A DNA stretch of 64,000 nt from Bacteroidales bacterium (GCA_045628525.1 JAZQPJ010000097.1:10364-74363), one strand, 5' to 3'; positions 30,907-39,881 are shown, counted from the stretch's first letter. The notes: generated by a model from the letters alone, not told the origin. Numbers and translations are program-made.

Positions 30907-32697
30907 ATGACCAAATATATCATTTTTTTTCTTATTAGTTTAGCATGGCTCTTTTGTCAATGTACGAGCCGTAACGCAGCGATTGATGACGGGGAAAGTG
31001 ATTACCCGAGCAGGGAGACTTTTGCCATCATTGACAACTGCATGAGCGCCATGAAAACCGCCCCGGAGCAAACGCATCAGACCCTTGACTCGCTGTTGGG
31101 TGCCGGACTGATGTCACAAGGGCGCTGCGACTATTACCACGCCATGGTGGTTTTCTTTGGCGAAGACAAGCCAGACAGTGCACTTGTCCTCTGCGACCGT
31201 CTGCTCGATGCTGGCGAATTCGGCAACGACCGCTTCCTTGAAGAAGAGATCTGCGAGCTGGCCTCAAACATCTCTTTGGAGCAGCAACACTATCTTGCCA
31301 CCCTCAAGTATGCCAATCGGGGCATTGCTCTCTGCCATGGTGATGAACGGATGCGTAGCGATGAAGCAATGCTGATGGCTCGCGTCGGAGTGGCCGAGCA
31401 GGAGTTGGGACGCATCGATCGTGCGCAAAATATCTATGCCCGCGCGCATCAGTTATTAACGGTCAACACCTCATTTTCTGACCTGATCGCCCTCATCTCC
31501 CTGCAGAAGAAACAAGCCCGGCTCTACTCCGAGATCAAGCAATATGACATGACTATCAGCATCTGTCAACAGATATTGGATTTGCTTGAGAGCTTCGATC
31601 ACGACCCTTCGTTCATCCTGCAGCGTCCCGAGACCATGCAGGAGCCCGGCACCGCCACCCATGAATTCACCGACTTCTACCGCTGCCAGATCTATTGTCA
31701 CATTGCGCGTGCCCATCACATGAAGGTCAAGCAGGGGTTGTCGCTCGATGTGAAGGCCGACACTGACGCTGTACGAACCTATATTGAGAAGTTCAGGCAC
31801 ACCGATGGTGCGCAGTCCCCCGACAACCTTGCGAATTGCCTGCCCGAATTATATTTCCTTGGCGAGAAGACGGCATTTGCCAATGCCGTACCCATTGTGG
31901 CTGAAAGATACCAAGGCGACAGCTTGACCAGCGAGTATGTCGATTTCCTCACACTTCTGGCCTCCTATGCCGCAGATGAACACAACCTCAAGGCAAGCAA
32001 TGACTACATGAAGCGAGCCATCGCTGTGAGCGACAGCATCCGACAGCGCGAACTGACGCGCATGCTGGCCGAGCAGATATCACTCAACATGGTGCAGGAG
32101 CAGCAGTTGGCCCGACTCGATGCCGAGACGCAGCTGGAGCGCAACAGAATCCTTGTCAAGGTCCTTTCTGTCATCCTGTCGATCTTCCTGATTGCCTCTC
32201 TGATCATCGCATTCCTGATTCGCAAGAATCACAGGAACCAGGAGATCCTGGAGATGACGCAGCAAGACCTATCGGAAACGAAGGAGGAGATCAAGGAACT
32301 CGAGCAGCAACTGGAGGAGAGCAGTTCCGAACAAACAGCAAGCAACCAACAAGTTCTCTACGAGCGAATCGAGAAAGTAATGCGCGAGAAGAAACTCTAC
32401 CTCGACCCGGAGCTCGACCTCAAGAAGATTGCCGAAGCCGCCTGCTCCTGCCGCTCCATAGTCTCGGCGTGCATCAACGGTGTCTCAGGCAAAAGTTTCC
32501 GCCAGTGGATTTCAGAGTATCGCCTCTCCCTGTTCGTGCAGATGCTCCAGAGTCATCCTGATGAATCCATAGACAAACTTATGGCACAATGTGGTTACAA
32601 AGACCAGAGTACCTTCCGCCGCCAATTCAAAATCGCATACGGCATGACGGTAAGGGAATACAAGAGGTCGCATATTAACAGAGAGACAAAACATTGA
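30907..32697 (+). CDS. Membrane-anchored TPR-like / coiled-coil regulator with a C-terminal AraC-type HTH
   Basis: ATG 30907 (MTKYIIFFLISLAWLFCQC) is preferred over TTG 30886. One internal TM (VLSVILSIFLIASLIIAFLI). C-terminal KSFRQWISEYRLSLF...GYKDQSTFRRQFKIAYGMTVREYK matches an AraC HTH. Confidence 0.85.
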   Translation: MTKYIIFFLISLAWLFCQCTSRNAAIDDGESDYPSRETFAIIDNCMSAMKTAPEQTHQTLDSLLGAGLMSQGRCDYYHAMVVFFGEDKPDSALVLCDRLLDAGEFGNDRFLEEEICELASNISLEQQHYLATLKYANRGIALCHGDERMRSDEAMLMARVGVAEQELGRIDRAQNIYARAHQLLTVNTSFSDLIALISLQKKQARLYSEIKQYDMTISICQQILDLLESFDHDPSFILQRPETMQEPGTATHEFTDFYRCQIYCHIARAHHMKVKQGLSLDVKADTDAVRTYIEKFRHTDGAQSPDNLANCLPELYFLGEKTAFANAVPIVAERYQGDSLTSEYVDFLTLLASYAADEHNLKASNDYMKRAIAVSDSIRQRELTRMLAEQISLNMVQEQQLARLDAETQLERNRILVKVLSVILSIFLIASLIIAFLIRKNHRNQEILEMTQQDLSETKEEIKELEQQLEESSSEQTASNQQVLYERIEKVMREKKLYLDPELDLKKIAEAACSCRSIVSACINGVSGKSFRQWISEYRLSLFVQMLQSHPDESIDKLMAQCGYKDQSTFRRQFKIAYGMTVREYKRSHINRETKH

Positions 32698-32770
32698 CTT
32701 CCCAAATCATCGACATAGATTCACTATAATAGTGTCTTTTAGAAACAGAAGTTTGTGTAAGAAAATAAGC

Positions 32771-32818
32771 AAAAACCCAGAAGCAGGCCACTCGTGAGAG
32801 CAGCCTGCTTCAATTTTT
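32771..32818. terminator. Bidirectional rho-independent terminator
   Basis: Perfect 9-bp stem gaagcaggc (32780-32788) / gcctgcttc (32803-32811). It is flanked by aaaaa (32771-32775) and ttttt (32814-32818), between convergent genes. Confidence 0.75.
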
Positions 32819-32836
32819 ATGTTATCTGAAATCTCT

Positions 32837-33853
32837 TTATTTCTTCAAGCCGTTGTTGGCAATGAGCCACTCGGCAATCTGTACGGCGTTGAGGGCAGCG
32901 CCCTTCTTGATCTGGTCGCCTACGAGCCAGAAGGTCAAGCCGTTCTCGTTGGCGAGATCCTTGCGGATGCGACCCACATATACGTCATCCTTACCAGCGA
33001 GGAACAGAGGCATCGGATAGACCTTGTTGGCAGGATCGTCCATCAGCTGAACACCCTCGCCCTTCTGGATAGCCTCCTTGAATGCCTCAACGCTGACAGG
33101 CTCCTCGGTCTCAACCCACACGGCCTCTGAGTGGCTGCGGAGCGATGGCACGCGAACACACATGGCTGAGCAGGCAGCATCGGTGTGCATGATCTTGCGG
33201 GTCTCGTTGAACATCTTCATCTCCTCCTTGGTGTAACCATTGTCGGTGAAGACGTCGATCTGTGGGATCACGTTGTAGGCAAGCTGGTATGCGAACTTAT
33301 CGACGGTGACAGGCTCGCCAGCCAATACCTGACGGTACTGGGTCTCAAGCTCCTGCATAGCCACAGCGCCGGCACCCGAAGCGGCCTGGTATGAGGCGAT
33401 GTGGATACGCTTGATGTGGCTGAGCTGCTCAAGGCACTGCAGCACTACGACCATCATGATGGTGGTGCAGTTAGGGTTGGCGATGATGCCGCGTGGACGG
33501 TCGAGGGCATCGGCAGCGTTGCACTCAGGCACCACGAGCGGCACGTCCGGATCCATGCGGAAAGCCGAGGAGTTGTCGATCATCACAGCACCGTACTTGG
33601 TGATGTCGGCAGCAAACTCCTTGCTGGTGCCGCCACCGGCCGAGGTGAAGGCGATGTCCACGCCCTTGAAGTCCTCAGGGTTGTGGGTGAGCTCCTTGAC
33701 TACGATGTCCTTGCCACGGAAGTTGTAGGTACGGCCTGCACTGCGTGAAGAACCGAAGAGGAGAAGTTCGTCGATAGGGAAGTTACGCTCAGCGAGTACC
33801 TGCAGGAACTCCTGGCCAACGGCGCCACTGGCACCAACAATTGCTACTTTCAT
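32837..33853 (-). CDS. asd: Aspartate-semialdehyde dehydrogenase
   Basis: 338 aa. [16 protein letters not shown] (Rossmann motif), active-site region [12 protein letters not shown] block. Confidence 0.93.
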   Translation of the reverse strand: MKVAIVGASGAVGQEFLQVLAERNFPIDELLLFGSSRSAGRTYNFRGKDIVVKELTHNPEDFKGVDIAFTSAGGGTSKEFAADITKYGAVMIDNSSAFRMDPDVPLVVPECNAADALDRPRGIIANPNCTTIMMVVVLQCLEQLSHIKRIHIASYQAASGAGAVAMQELETQYRQVLAGEPVTVDKFAYQLAYNVIPQIDVFTDNGYTKEEMKMFNETRKIMHTDAACSAMCVRVPSLRSHSEAVWVETEEPVSVEAFKEAIQKGEGVQLMDDPANKVYPMPLFLAGKDDVYVGRIRKDLANENGLTFWLVGDQIKKGAALNAVQIAEWLIANNGLKK

Positions 33854-33954
33854 CTTTATTATCTGTTGTTTTGTTTCTTTGTTCTTTCGTTCATTGCCCG
33901 ACGGAAAAGCATCGAGAACGGGCTAAAGGAGAATTGCACCTTAAATATGGAGTG

Positions 33955-33962
33955 CAAAGATA
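33955..33962 (-). promoter_or_regulatory. -7 promoter box TATCTTTG for asd
   Basis: The complement of caaagata is a perfect TAnnTTTG, about 100 nt upstream of ATG 33853. Confidence 0.45.
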
Positions 33963-34125
33963 TGCAAAAATATGCTTTCCATCGTTACGCACACAATAAA
34001 ATATGCATGTTTTGCATGAAAATCGGTATTTTTTGCCAATATTGCTATGCGGAATTTATAGATAAGTGAGGGATTTAGCACCTTCATTTTTAAGATTTTT
34101 CCTTACAGCACTTTTGGTGCTGCAA

Positions 34126-34247
34126 GGCAATCTCGGCAGTTTCAAGGGGGCGATATACGAGAATGTGATGGCAGACATTCTTGGCAAAATGGGTCGCAAG
34201 CTCTATTATTGCCCTTCTACATGGCATTCCTGCTGACAGAGATATGA
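34126..34247 (+). pseudogene. C-terminal remnant of an AAA-ATPase (DUF4143-type) gene
   Basis: Translation gives GNLGSFKGAIYENVMADILGKMGRKLYY. After a frame change near 34205 it continues LPFYMAFLLTEI-stop. This resembles the C-terminal end of the abundant Bacteroidales ATP-binding proteins. No N-terminal part is present. Confidence 0.45.
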
Positions 34248-34308
34248 CCAAGTTTCGTTAATTGGAAAAGACTGGCAAAACCGAATTAGAACATTTAGCA
34301 CATGACTT

Positions 34309-35865
34309 CTACTCCACCTCTATCCGAATAACCCTGTCATCAATTGTAGAATTCTTTGCGACAATAAGATAAGATTTATTGTTGAATTCTACAATACCAT
34401 AATGTGATGCAGATAATTGTTGAGAAGCAAACCGCTCCATACGATTCAAGATTGGATAGTTCTGCCATTTCGAAGGAGAAAGAATGAATTCAACAGATCG
34501 GATAGAATCCTGCTCATCCCACTCTCGAACGTAATAGAAATAATCAGATGCATAGTCAAAGTCACTCATATCCTTACCCGCCTTAATATCATCAAGGAGT
34601 TCTTTTTGTATAAATACCAAAGGAATATCTGAATGATAATATCTTGTTACATTCGTGTTAATCCAATCCGCCTTATCAAAACCCGTTCTTTTTTGATAAT
34701 TATCATAGTGCAAAACAAATCTGTCCAAAAATGAAGGCGTATTCTTTACGACATCCAAAGGGATCACCCCGTCTTTCGTCATCGCCACATTCTTCTCCAT
34801 ATCTTTGAAGATTCTATAATTGTCCAAACAATATGGGAAAGCTGCCACCAAACAAATCAAGCTAATCGCAGACAGGCTCAAATAAACCCAACTGCCGATT
34901 CTTTCAATAGACAAAGAACTGAGAATTATTATCAGGGCAAACATTTCAATACCGAAACGTGAGTGCTCAGATGCATGACCTGTCAGCATTACGAATACGA
35001 AAGATGACAGCATCGCTACAATCCAAGGTGATCTGCTCTCTTTCTTGAAGATAAGGAATAAGACTGCTATAAAGAAAAGCCTCAGATTAAACATCTGCGA
35101 GAAGTTTAGTCCCAGCTTCCAGATAAAAGACACCAATGAGAATTGGGTCTCTGCAATTCCTGATCTATGAATTGATCCAGGTGAAAGACACAACAAAGCC
35201 GCTCCCAACAAGAGGCCTGCAAGAAGAAGCCACTGATGAGGTTGCATGTTCTTTCGATTATCATAAACCATGTATAGAACGTAGCAGCAATATCCTGCGA
35301 CATAAGCTTCGTTCGTCCATCCGCACAGAATACCTAACACAAATAGTAAAGAATAAAGATACTTATTGGCGATCTTTATCGAGAACAGATAATTAAAGAC
35401 CAGAAGAAATGAGAATCCCCAGATGTAATTGAATGCACCACTCATCCACAAGAATGCATTTCGGAATCCGCACATCACTACCAGAATTGCAAAAGCAGAG
35501 ATGATTGCAGTTTTTACATAATGCTTCTTTTCTTTGACAAAATTCACATTTAGCAAATGGATCATCATCACGAACACCAATGCATTTGCAAGGTTGAACG
35601 CAGATTTACCCAATAACCCGTCAAAAGTTTGCAGCAGAAGGTGTGGTACCAATCGACCATTATTGCCAAAATAATGATAGTATTGACTTACCAAAACATC
35701 TTGTATTGAGCTAATGTGCTCGGATGTCCCCCAAATGAAACCATAATGCCAATCATCAGAAAAAAGAGGCGTCAATGCATTTATTGCATAGAACAATACC
35801 CCAAACACGAACATTATCGAGAAGTATTCCCATTTACTCTCTAATTTTACTCTTTCCAATAACAT
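34309..35865 (-). CDS. Polytopic membrane protein, GT-C-like (GtrC/ArnT-type role inferred) with a C-terminal soluble domain
   Basis: The track ORF begins at TTG 35916; ATG 35865 (MLLERVKLESKWEYF) or ATG 35814 is more plausible. About 11 hydrophobic segments. Acidic motif LTPLFSDDWHY after the first TM, as in GT-C first-loop motifs. AT-rich codon usage. Confidence 0.7.
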   Translation of the reverse strand: MLLERVKLESKWEYFSIMFVFGVLFYAINALTPLFSDDWHYGFIWGTSEHISSIQDVLVSQYYHYFGNNGRLVPHLLLQTFDGLLGKSAFNLANALVFVMMIHLLNVNFVKEKKHYVKTAIISAFAILVVMCGFRNAFLWMSGAFNYIWGFSFLLVFNYLFSIKIANKYLYSLLFVLGILCGWTNEAYVAGYCCYVLYMVYDNRKNMQPHQWLLLAGLLLGAALLCLSPGSIHRSGIAETQFSLVSFIWKLGLNFSQMFNLRLFFIAVLFLIFKKESRSPWIVAMLSSFVFVMLTGHASEHSRFGIEMFALIIILSSLSIERIGSWVYLSLSAISLICLVAAFPYCLDNYRIFKDMEKNVAMTKDGVIPLDVVKNTPSFLDRFVLHYDNYQKRTGFDKADWINTNVTRYYHSDIPLVFIQKELLDDIKAGKDMSDFDYASDYFYYVREWDEQDSIRSVEFILSPSKWQNYPILNRMERFASQQLSASHYGIVEFNNKSYLIVAKNSTIDDRVIRIEVE

Positions 35866-36850
35866 ATACAGGTCTGTTTTTTGATTCGTTGAAAATTCTT
35901 GCAAGATACTCACCAATAATACCGATGCTAAACAGCTGAATGCCTCCCATGAAAAGGATCACAACCATCAGTGAAGGATAACCAGCCACCGGATCGCCCC
36001 AAAAGAACGCTTTCGCAAATATGTAGCACATATAGACAAGAGCAGCAATTGAGACAACAATGCCCACGATTGTAGCGAGTTTCAATGGTGCCGTAGTGAA
36101 CGATGTGATTCCATCAATGGCGAGATGAAACAATTTGCCATAACTCCATGCAGACTGTCCCGTCTTCCGATCCTGTCGTTCAAACAGAATCTCTTTCTTG
36201 TTGAAGCCTATCCATGCAAACAGTCCTTTTGTATATCTTTCCTTCTCGCGCAACTCACACAATATGTTGATGCACTTTCTATCCAACAATCTGAAATCGC
36301 CGACATTTGGCAGCATGTTGATCTTTGATGAATGCTGCAGCAACCTATAGAACGTCATGCTGAGCGTACGTCTTAACCAACTCTCCTTGCCGCGTGTAGT
36401 ACGACGTGCATAGACATCATCATATCCCTGTTCCCAAAGGGATAACATTTCCGGAATCAGTTGTGGCGGATCCTGCAAATCTGCATCGATTATCACCATG
36501 CAGTCACCTTTGGCATGGTCGAAACCCGCCAGCATGGCACTTTCCTTGCCGAAGTTGCGTGAAAGGCTGATATAGTCAATCCTGTCATCTTCAGCTGCTA
36601 ACTTCTCAATGATTTCCTGCGTTCTGTCCGAACTACCATCATTGACCAAGAGTATTTGAAACGTGTAGTCAGGATTGCTGCATACACATCCCTCTTGGCG
36701 GCAGAGAGTGTCATATAACAAGGGAAGATTGCCTTCCTCATTGTAGCATGGCACGAGAATCGTTACCCGATGTCTTGTGCTGCCGCCATTCCCGTGGGTA
36801 TTATCGTTATCTATTTTCATAAAAAAATGATTAGACAGTTCGTGCATCAT
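35834..36850 (-). CDS. GT2 polyprenyl-phosphate glycosyltransferase (GtrB/ArnC/DPM1-like)
   Basis: VTILVPCYNEEGNL, LLVNDGSSD, IIDADLQDPP and two C-terminal TM helices. An alternative start is ATG 36820 (MKIDNDN). Confidence 0.88.
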   Translation of the reverse strand: MMHELSNHFFMKIDNDNTHGNGGSTRHRVTILVPCYNEEGNLPLLYDTLCRQEGCVCSNPDYTFQILLVNDGSSDRTQEIIEKLAAEDDRIDYISLSRNFGKESAMLAGFDHAKGDCMVIIDADLQDPPQLIPEMLSLWEQGYDDVYARRTTRGKESWLRRTLSMTFYRLLQHSSKINMLPNVGDFRLLDRKCINILCELREKERYTKGLFAWIGFNKKEILFERQDRKTGQSAWSYGKLFHLAIDGITSFTTAPLKLATIVGIVVSIAALVYMCYIFAKAFFWGDPVAGYPSLMVVILFMGGIQLFSIGIIGEYLARIFNESKNRPVYVIGKSKIRE

Positions 36851-36915
36851 ACATGAACTATCTAATCAATCGTGGTGCTGATAACTTTGGCAGTTCCTTT
36901 TCTCCGTCAGAACAC

Positions 36916-36937
36916 AAAAAGGCCGCGAGCCTTCTTA
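36916..36937 (-). terminator. Possible short terminator/attenuator hairpin in the GT2 leader
   Basis: The minus strand reads AAGGC-TCGCG-GCCTT followed by TTTGTGTT. The stem is only 5 bp, so this is a weak call. Confidence 0.3.
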
Positions 36938-36941
36938 TGGC

Positions 36942-37142
36942 ATTCCGGGGTACAAGCCTAGGAATTGAGATGGACCCCACCCAAGTATAAGAATCATGCT
37001 CACGACCATTACTGTCATGAACATCATCCTATCGTCATACTTGGTATTGGCTCATTCCTAACGCTTGAAAACGCCAGAGCCAACCATCATTGATGTGGTA
37101 GTTATCCATCCGAACGAGTTTCCTAGGCTTGTTTTCTGGAAT
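36942..37142. repeat. Inverted-repeat pair (19/23 match, 13-bp perfect core) flanking 155 bp
   Basis: Left arm attccggggtacaagcctaggaa (36942-36964). The right arm ttcctaggcttgttttctggaat (37120-37142) is its imperfect reverse complement. The core acaagcctaggaa / ttcctaggcttgt is perfect. Confidence 0.8.
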
Positions 37143-37321
37143 ACCACAATGATAGTCTGATGCTACTATGTGTTATGTTGTTTTTCCCTCATCCTAAGAT
37201 ACAGACATTGCTGTCTAAGAACTGGGAGTTAATATCTTGCTTTTTTCTTGTTAATCAGTTTATATTTCCATTAGTGACTTTGCATTGCTCAGCCATATAG
37301 GCTTCTTGCATTTACCGCGTG

Positions 37322-37329
37322 CAAAATTA
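37322..37329 (-). promoter_or_regulatory. -7 promoter box TAATTTTG upstream of the long GT2 leader
   Basis: The complement of caaaatta is a perfect TAnnTTTG. It would give a leader of about 465 nt before ATG 36850. Confidence 0.4.
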
Positions 37330-37444
37330 CAAATAATAATTCAAATATCCATCATTTCGGGACAACAAGTTGCTCTATTTTGCAAAACTTTATGATTTAT
37401 CGCAACTTCCGTCTTCCATTTCGCTTCTTCATAAAGCAAAAATA

Positions 37445-38875
37445 TCAGTTCTCAAACAAATCATCCATTGTAATCTGGCTTTGAACAATAGAAGAATATT
37501 TGTTTTCTTTCAAGCCATAAGTAGAGATCAATGTCAGGTGAACAGCATTTTTGGCAGGAACACATTCTTTGACCTCTGCCAGTTTGTTCAGCAGGTTCTT
37601 CTCATATTTTGCATCAATAGAGAAAGGGGTACTATAGAACTTCGCCTCACAAAGGTTGGTAACATGGTCGCCCCTGTTGAGCAGCAAATCTATCTGAGCT
37701 CCTTTGGTGCGTAGTGCCTCATGGTTACACAAAACCGCACCAATCTGCAAGGCCTTCTTTATCTGTTCCAAATGTAAATGACAGACAAGTTCAAACGAAA
37801 GTCCGTTCCAGGTGTTGTTGCCCGGAGAATTCACATAGTGGCTCCAGAATGCAGGGTCGTTGATCTTTGCGTTTGCGACAAACCGCATGAAGAAAAGTGT
37901 GAAGAAGTCTGTCAGTCGATAGACTGCTGCACCATTGTTCTTTATCGGATGATATTCTGTGATGAAATTACACTTATCGAGGTCTTCCAGAAGGTGTGAC
38001 AATCCGCCTCCGGCTTTGGTGCCAGTTTCTTCTGCTATTTCGTCACGAGTCAATCCCCCGTTCTTATTATATAGTGCGTTGATGATCTTGATATATGGTT
38101 CGGGACTGTTGAATAGCGATTTCATCAAAAGATCAAATTCGTCTCTCAATGGCGCATTTTTTGAAGCAAAGAACAACGCATCGATGTTCTGTGCCAGACT
38201 CATGCCCGGCTGCAGCTGATTCCAGTAGAATGGTACGCCGCCCAATATCATATAGGCCGAAAGCAGATCATATCGACTCAGTTTGAGACGGTGCATCTCA
38301 GATAATTTCTCACATTCGGACAATGTGAATGGCGGGAGGTACATCTTGCGGGTAACGCGATTGAACAGACCGCCTTTATTCTTGAATATTTTCTTTATGA
38401 TCCAAGAAGTTGCAGATCCACAGACCACCAGCATCAGGTTGTCTTGTCCGCTGGCCCATCCGTTCCAGAATGATTCAAACGCAACAAGAAAGCCACTCCG
38501 GGGAGTGTCCATCCAAGGCATCTCGTCTATGAAAACGACATGTCGCTTGTTGGATGGCTGTTTCGAAAGCAGCGCTTTGAGCATCTGAAAGGCCTCCATC
38601 CAAGAAGTCGGGTCATCTCCTTTGTGCCCATATTCCTTCAGGGCATATCCGAAATTTTGCAGCTGGTATTGCAGGTCGCTGATACTTTTCTTTGTCTTCT
38701 CCAAAGGAGACAAGCCTGTCACATAGAAGCTAAAGTGCTCAGACAGCAAAGTCCTCACAAGGTAAGTTTTACCGACACGCCTTCTTCCATAAACCACAAT
38801 GAATTCAGGAGAACCATTGTTCAAATAGCTCTTGAGAAGTTTCGTTTCTTGTTTTCTGCCTATAATCGTTGCCAT
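37445..38875 (-). CDS. AAA+ ATPase (archaeal-ATPase/COG1672 type) with a DUF234-like C-terminal domain
   Basis: 476 aa. Walker A VYGRRRVGKTYL, Walker B VVFIDEMPW. C-terminal block AQIDLLLNRGDHVTNLCEAKF resembles a PD-(D/E)xK motif. Confidence 0.85.
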   Translation of the reverse strand: MATIIGRKQETKLLKSYLNNGSPEFIVVYGRRRVGKTYLVRTLLSEHFSFYVTGLSPLEKTKKSISDLQYQLQNFGYALKEYGHKGDDPTSWMEAFQMLKALLSKQPSNKRHVVFIDEMPWMDTPRSGFLVAFESFWNGWASGQDNLMLVVCGSATSWIIKKIFKNKGGLFNRVTRKMYLPPFTLSECEKLSEMHRLKLSRYDLLSAYMILGGVPFYWNQLQPGMSLAQNIDALFFASKNAPLRDEFDLLMKSLFNSPEPYIKIINALYNKNGGLTRDEIAEETGTKAGGGLSHLLEDLDKCNFITEYHPIKNNGAAVYRLTDFFTLFFMRFVANAKINDPAFWSHYVNSPGNNTWNGLSFELVCHLHLEQIKKALQIGAVLCNHEALRTKGAQIDLLLNRGDHVTNLCEAKFYSTPFSIDAKYEKNLLNKLAEVKECVPAKNAVHLTLISTYGLKENKYSSIVQSQITMDDLFEN

Positions 38876-38927
38876 GTTGAGATGTTTTTCTGGTGCAAAA
38901 ATAGTAAATATTATTCAAATGACAAAG

Positions 38928-38995
38928 AAAAACTGCCACTATTCTGCCGAATTTGATGTTTTTTATATAGATTCGGCAGAATAGAGGCAGTTTTT
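38928..38995. repeat. 68-bp hairpin element, copy 1
   Basis: 25-nt arms aaaaactgccactattctgccgaat (38928-38952) and attcggcagaatagaggcagttttt (38971-38995), with one mismatch and an 18-nt loop. Confidence 0.85.
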
Positions 38996-39045
38996 GGCAA
39001 GAAAAATAGCGAATTTTGGCAAACAAAGGCTTTAACTTACAGCCA

Positions 39046-39113
39046 AAAAACTGCCACTATTCTGCCGAATTGGGTGTTTTTTACATGGATTCGGCAGAAT
39101 AGTGGCAGTTTTT
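39046..39113. repeat. 68-bp hairpin element, copy 2 (also a likely bidirectional terminator)
   Basis: Perfect 25-bp arms (39046-39070 and 39089-39113) with an 18-nt loop, flanked by gcca/tggc. About 90 percent identical to copy 1. Lies 20 nt downstream of the HTH gene stop. Confidence 0.85.
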
Positions 39114-39133
39114 GGCAAGGAAAGGGGGAATTT

Positions 39134-39625
39134 TCACCTCCTTTTCTTCGCCAGACTCTTCCGCATCTCATTCCAGTTGTCTGTGCCGCCATAACTCTTC
39201 TTGCCTGTGGCTGTGAGGCCGAGATGGGTGCGGACAAAGCGGGAGATGGAAGTTGGGGAGGCATAGCCCATGGCTTTGGAGAGCTCTTCGGCTGTGTGCT
39301 TGGGATGGGCGGCGATGTAGGCACGGAGTTGCATGACGCGATAGGCTTCGATGAGGTCGCGCAGAGTGACACCAACCTCAATGGAGAGGGCGGCAGAGAG
39401 CTTGCGAGGATCCAGTTCGAGGTAGTGAGCCACATCGTTGCCATCGATGAACTTGGTGTGATACAGCACCTCAGCTACCGCATTGACCAGAGGCGAGCTG
39501 ATGTAAGTTGAGGGGTCATCGGGACGGTAGTTGAGGACATCCTGCACGCTGATCTGGCGCACAAAAGGACGCTTAGGCTTCGGAGTGATGACGATACGTT
39601 CTATGATTGGATGTTTTTCGTTCAT
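39134..39625 (-). CDS. Small AraC-type helix-turn-helix protein
   Basis: Start at MNEKHPIIERIV (ATG 39625); the upstream part of the track ORF runs through the repeat array. C-terminal HTAEELSKAMGYASPTSISRFVRTHLGLTATG matches an AraC HTH. Confidence 0.75.
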   Translation of the reverse strand: MNEKHPIIERIVITPKPKRPFVRQISVQDVLNYRPDDPSTYISSPLVNAVAEVLYHTKFIDGNDVAHYLELDPRKLSAALSIEVGVTLRDLIEAYRVMQLRAYIAAHPKHTAEELSKAMGYASPTSISRFVRTHLGLTATGKKSYGGTDNWNEMRKSLAKKRR

Positions 39626-39635
39626 CGTTTTTCGG

Positions 39636-39881
39636 TTTTTGTACACATGGCACGATGTGTAAATGTCTTGACATCGGAACATGTACGCACCGTGCCATGT
39701 GTACATGTTTTGTATTTCGGACATGTACGCATCGTGCCATGCGTACATGTCGGCACTCATCGGCAAACCATTGCAGATGTGCAGAAGGTTGCCGTGCACT
39801 CGGGGCATGTACACATCGTTCACTGCGTACATGCGCGAGCATCGCGGGATGTACGCCTGGTGCAATGTGTACACATTTCGG
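39636..39881. repeat. Six tandem 42/43-bp units, each built around a ~30-bp palindrome
   Basis: Unit starts are 39636, 39678, 39721, 39764, 39806 and 39848. The best unit is 39721-39750, with ACATGTACGCAT-cgtgcc-ATGCGTACATGT (perfect 12-bp arms). Units end in TCGG-like spacers. Confidence 0.85.
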
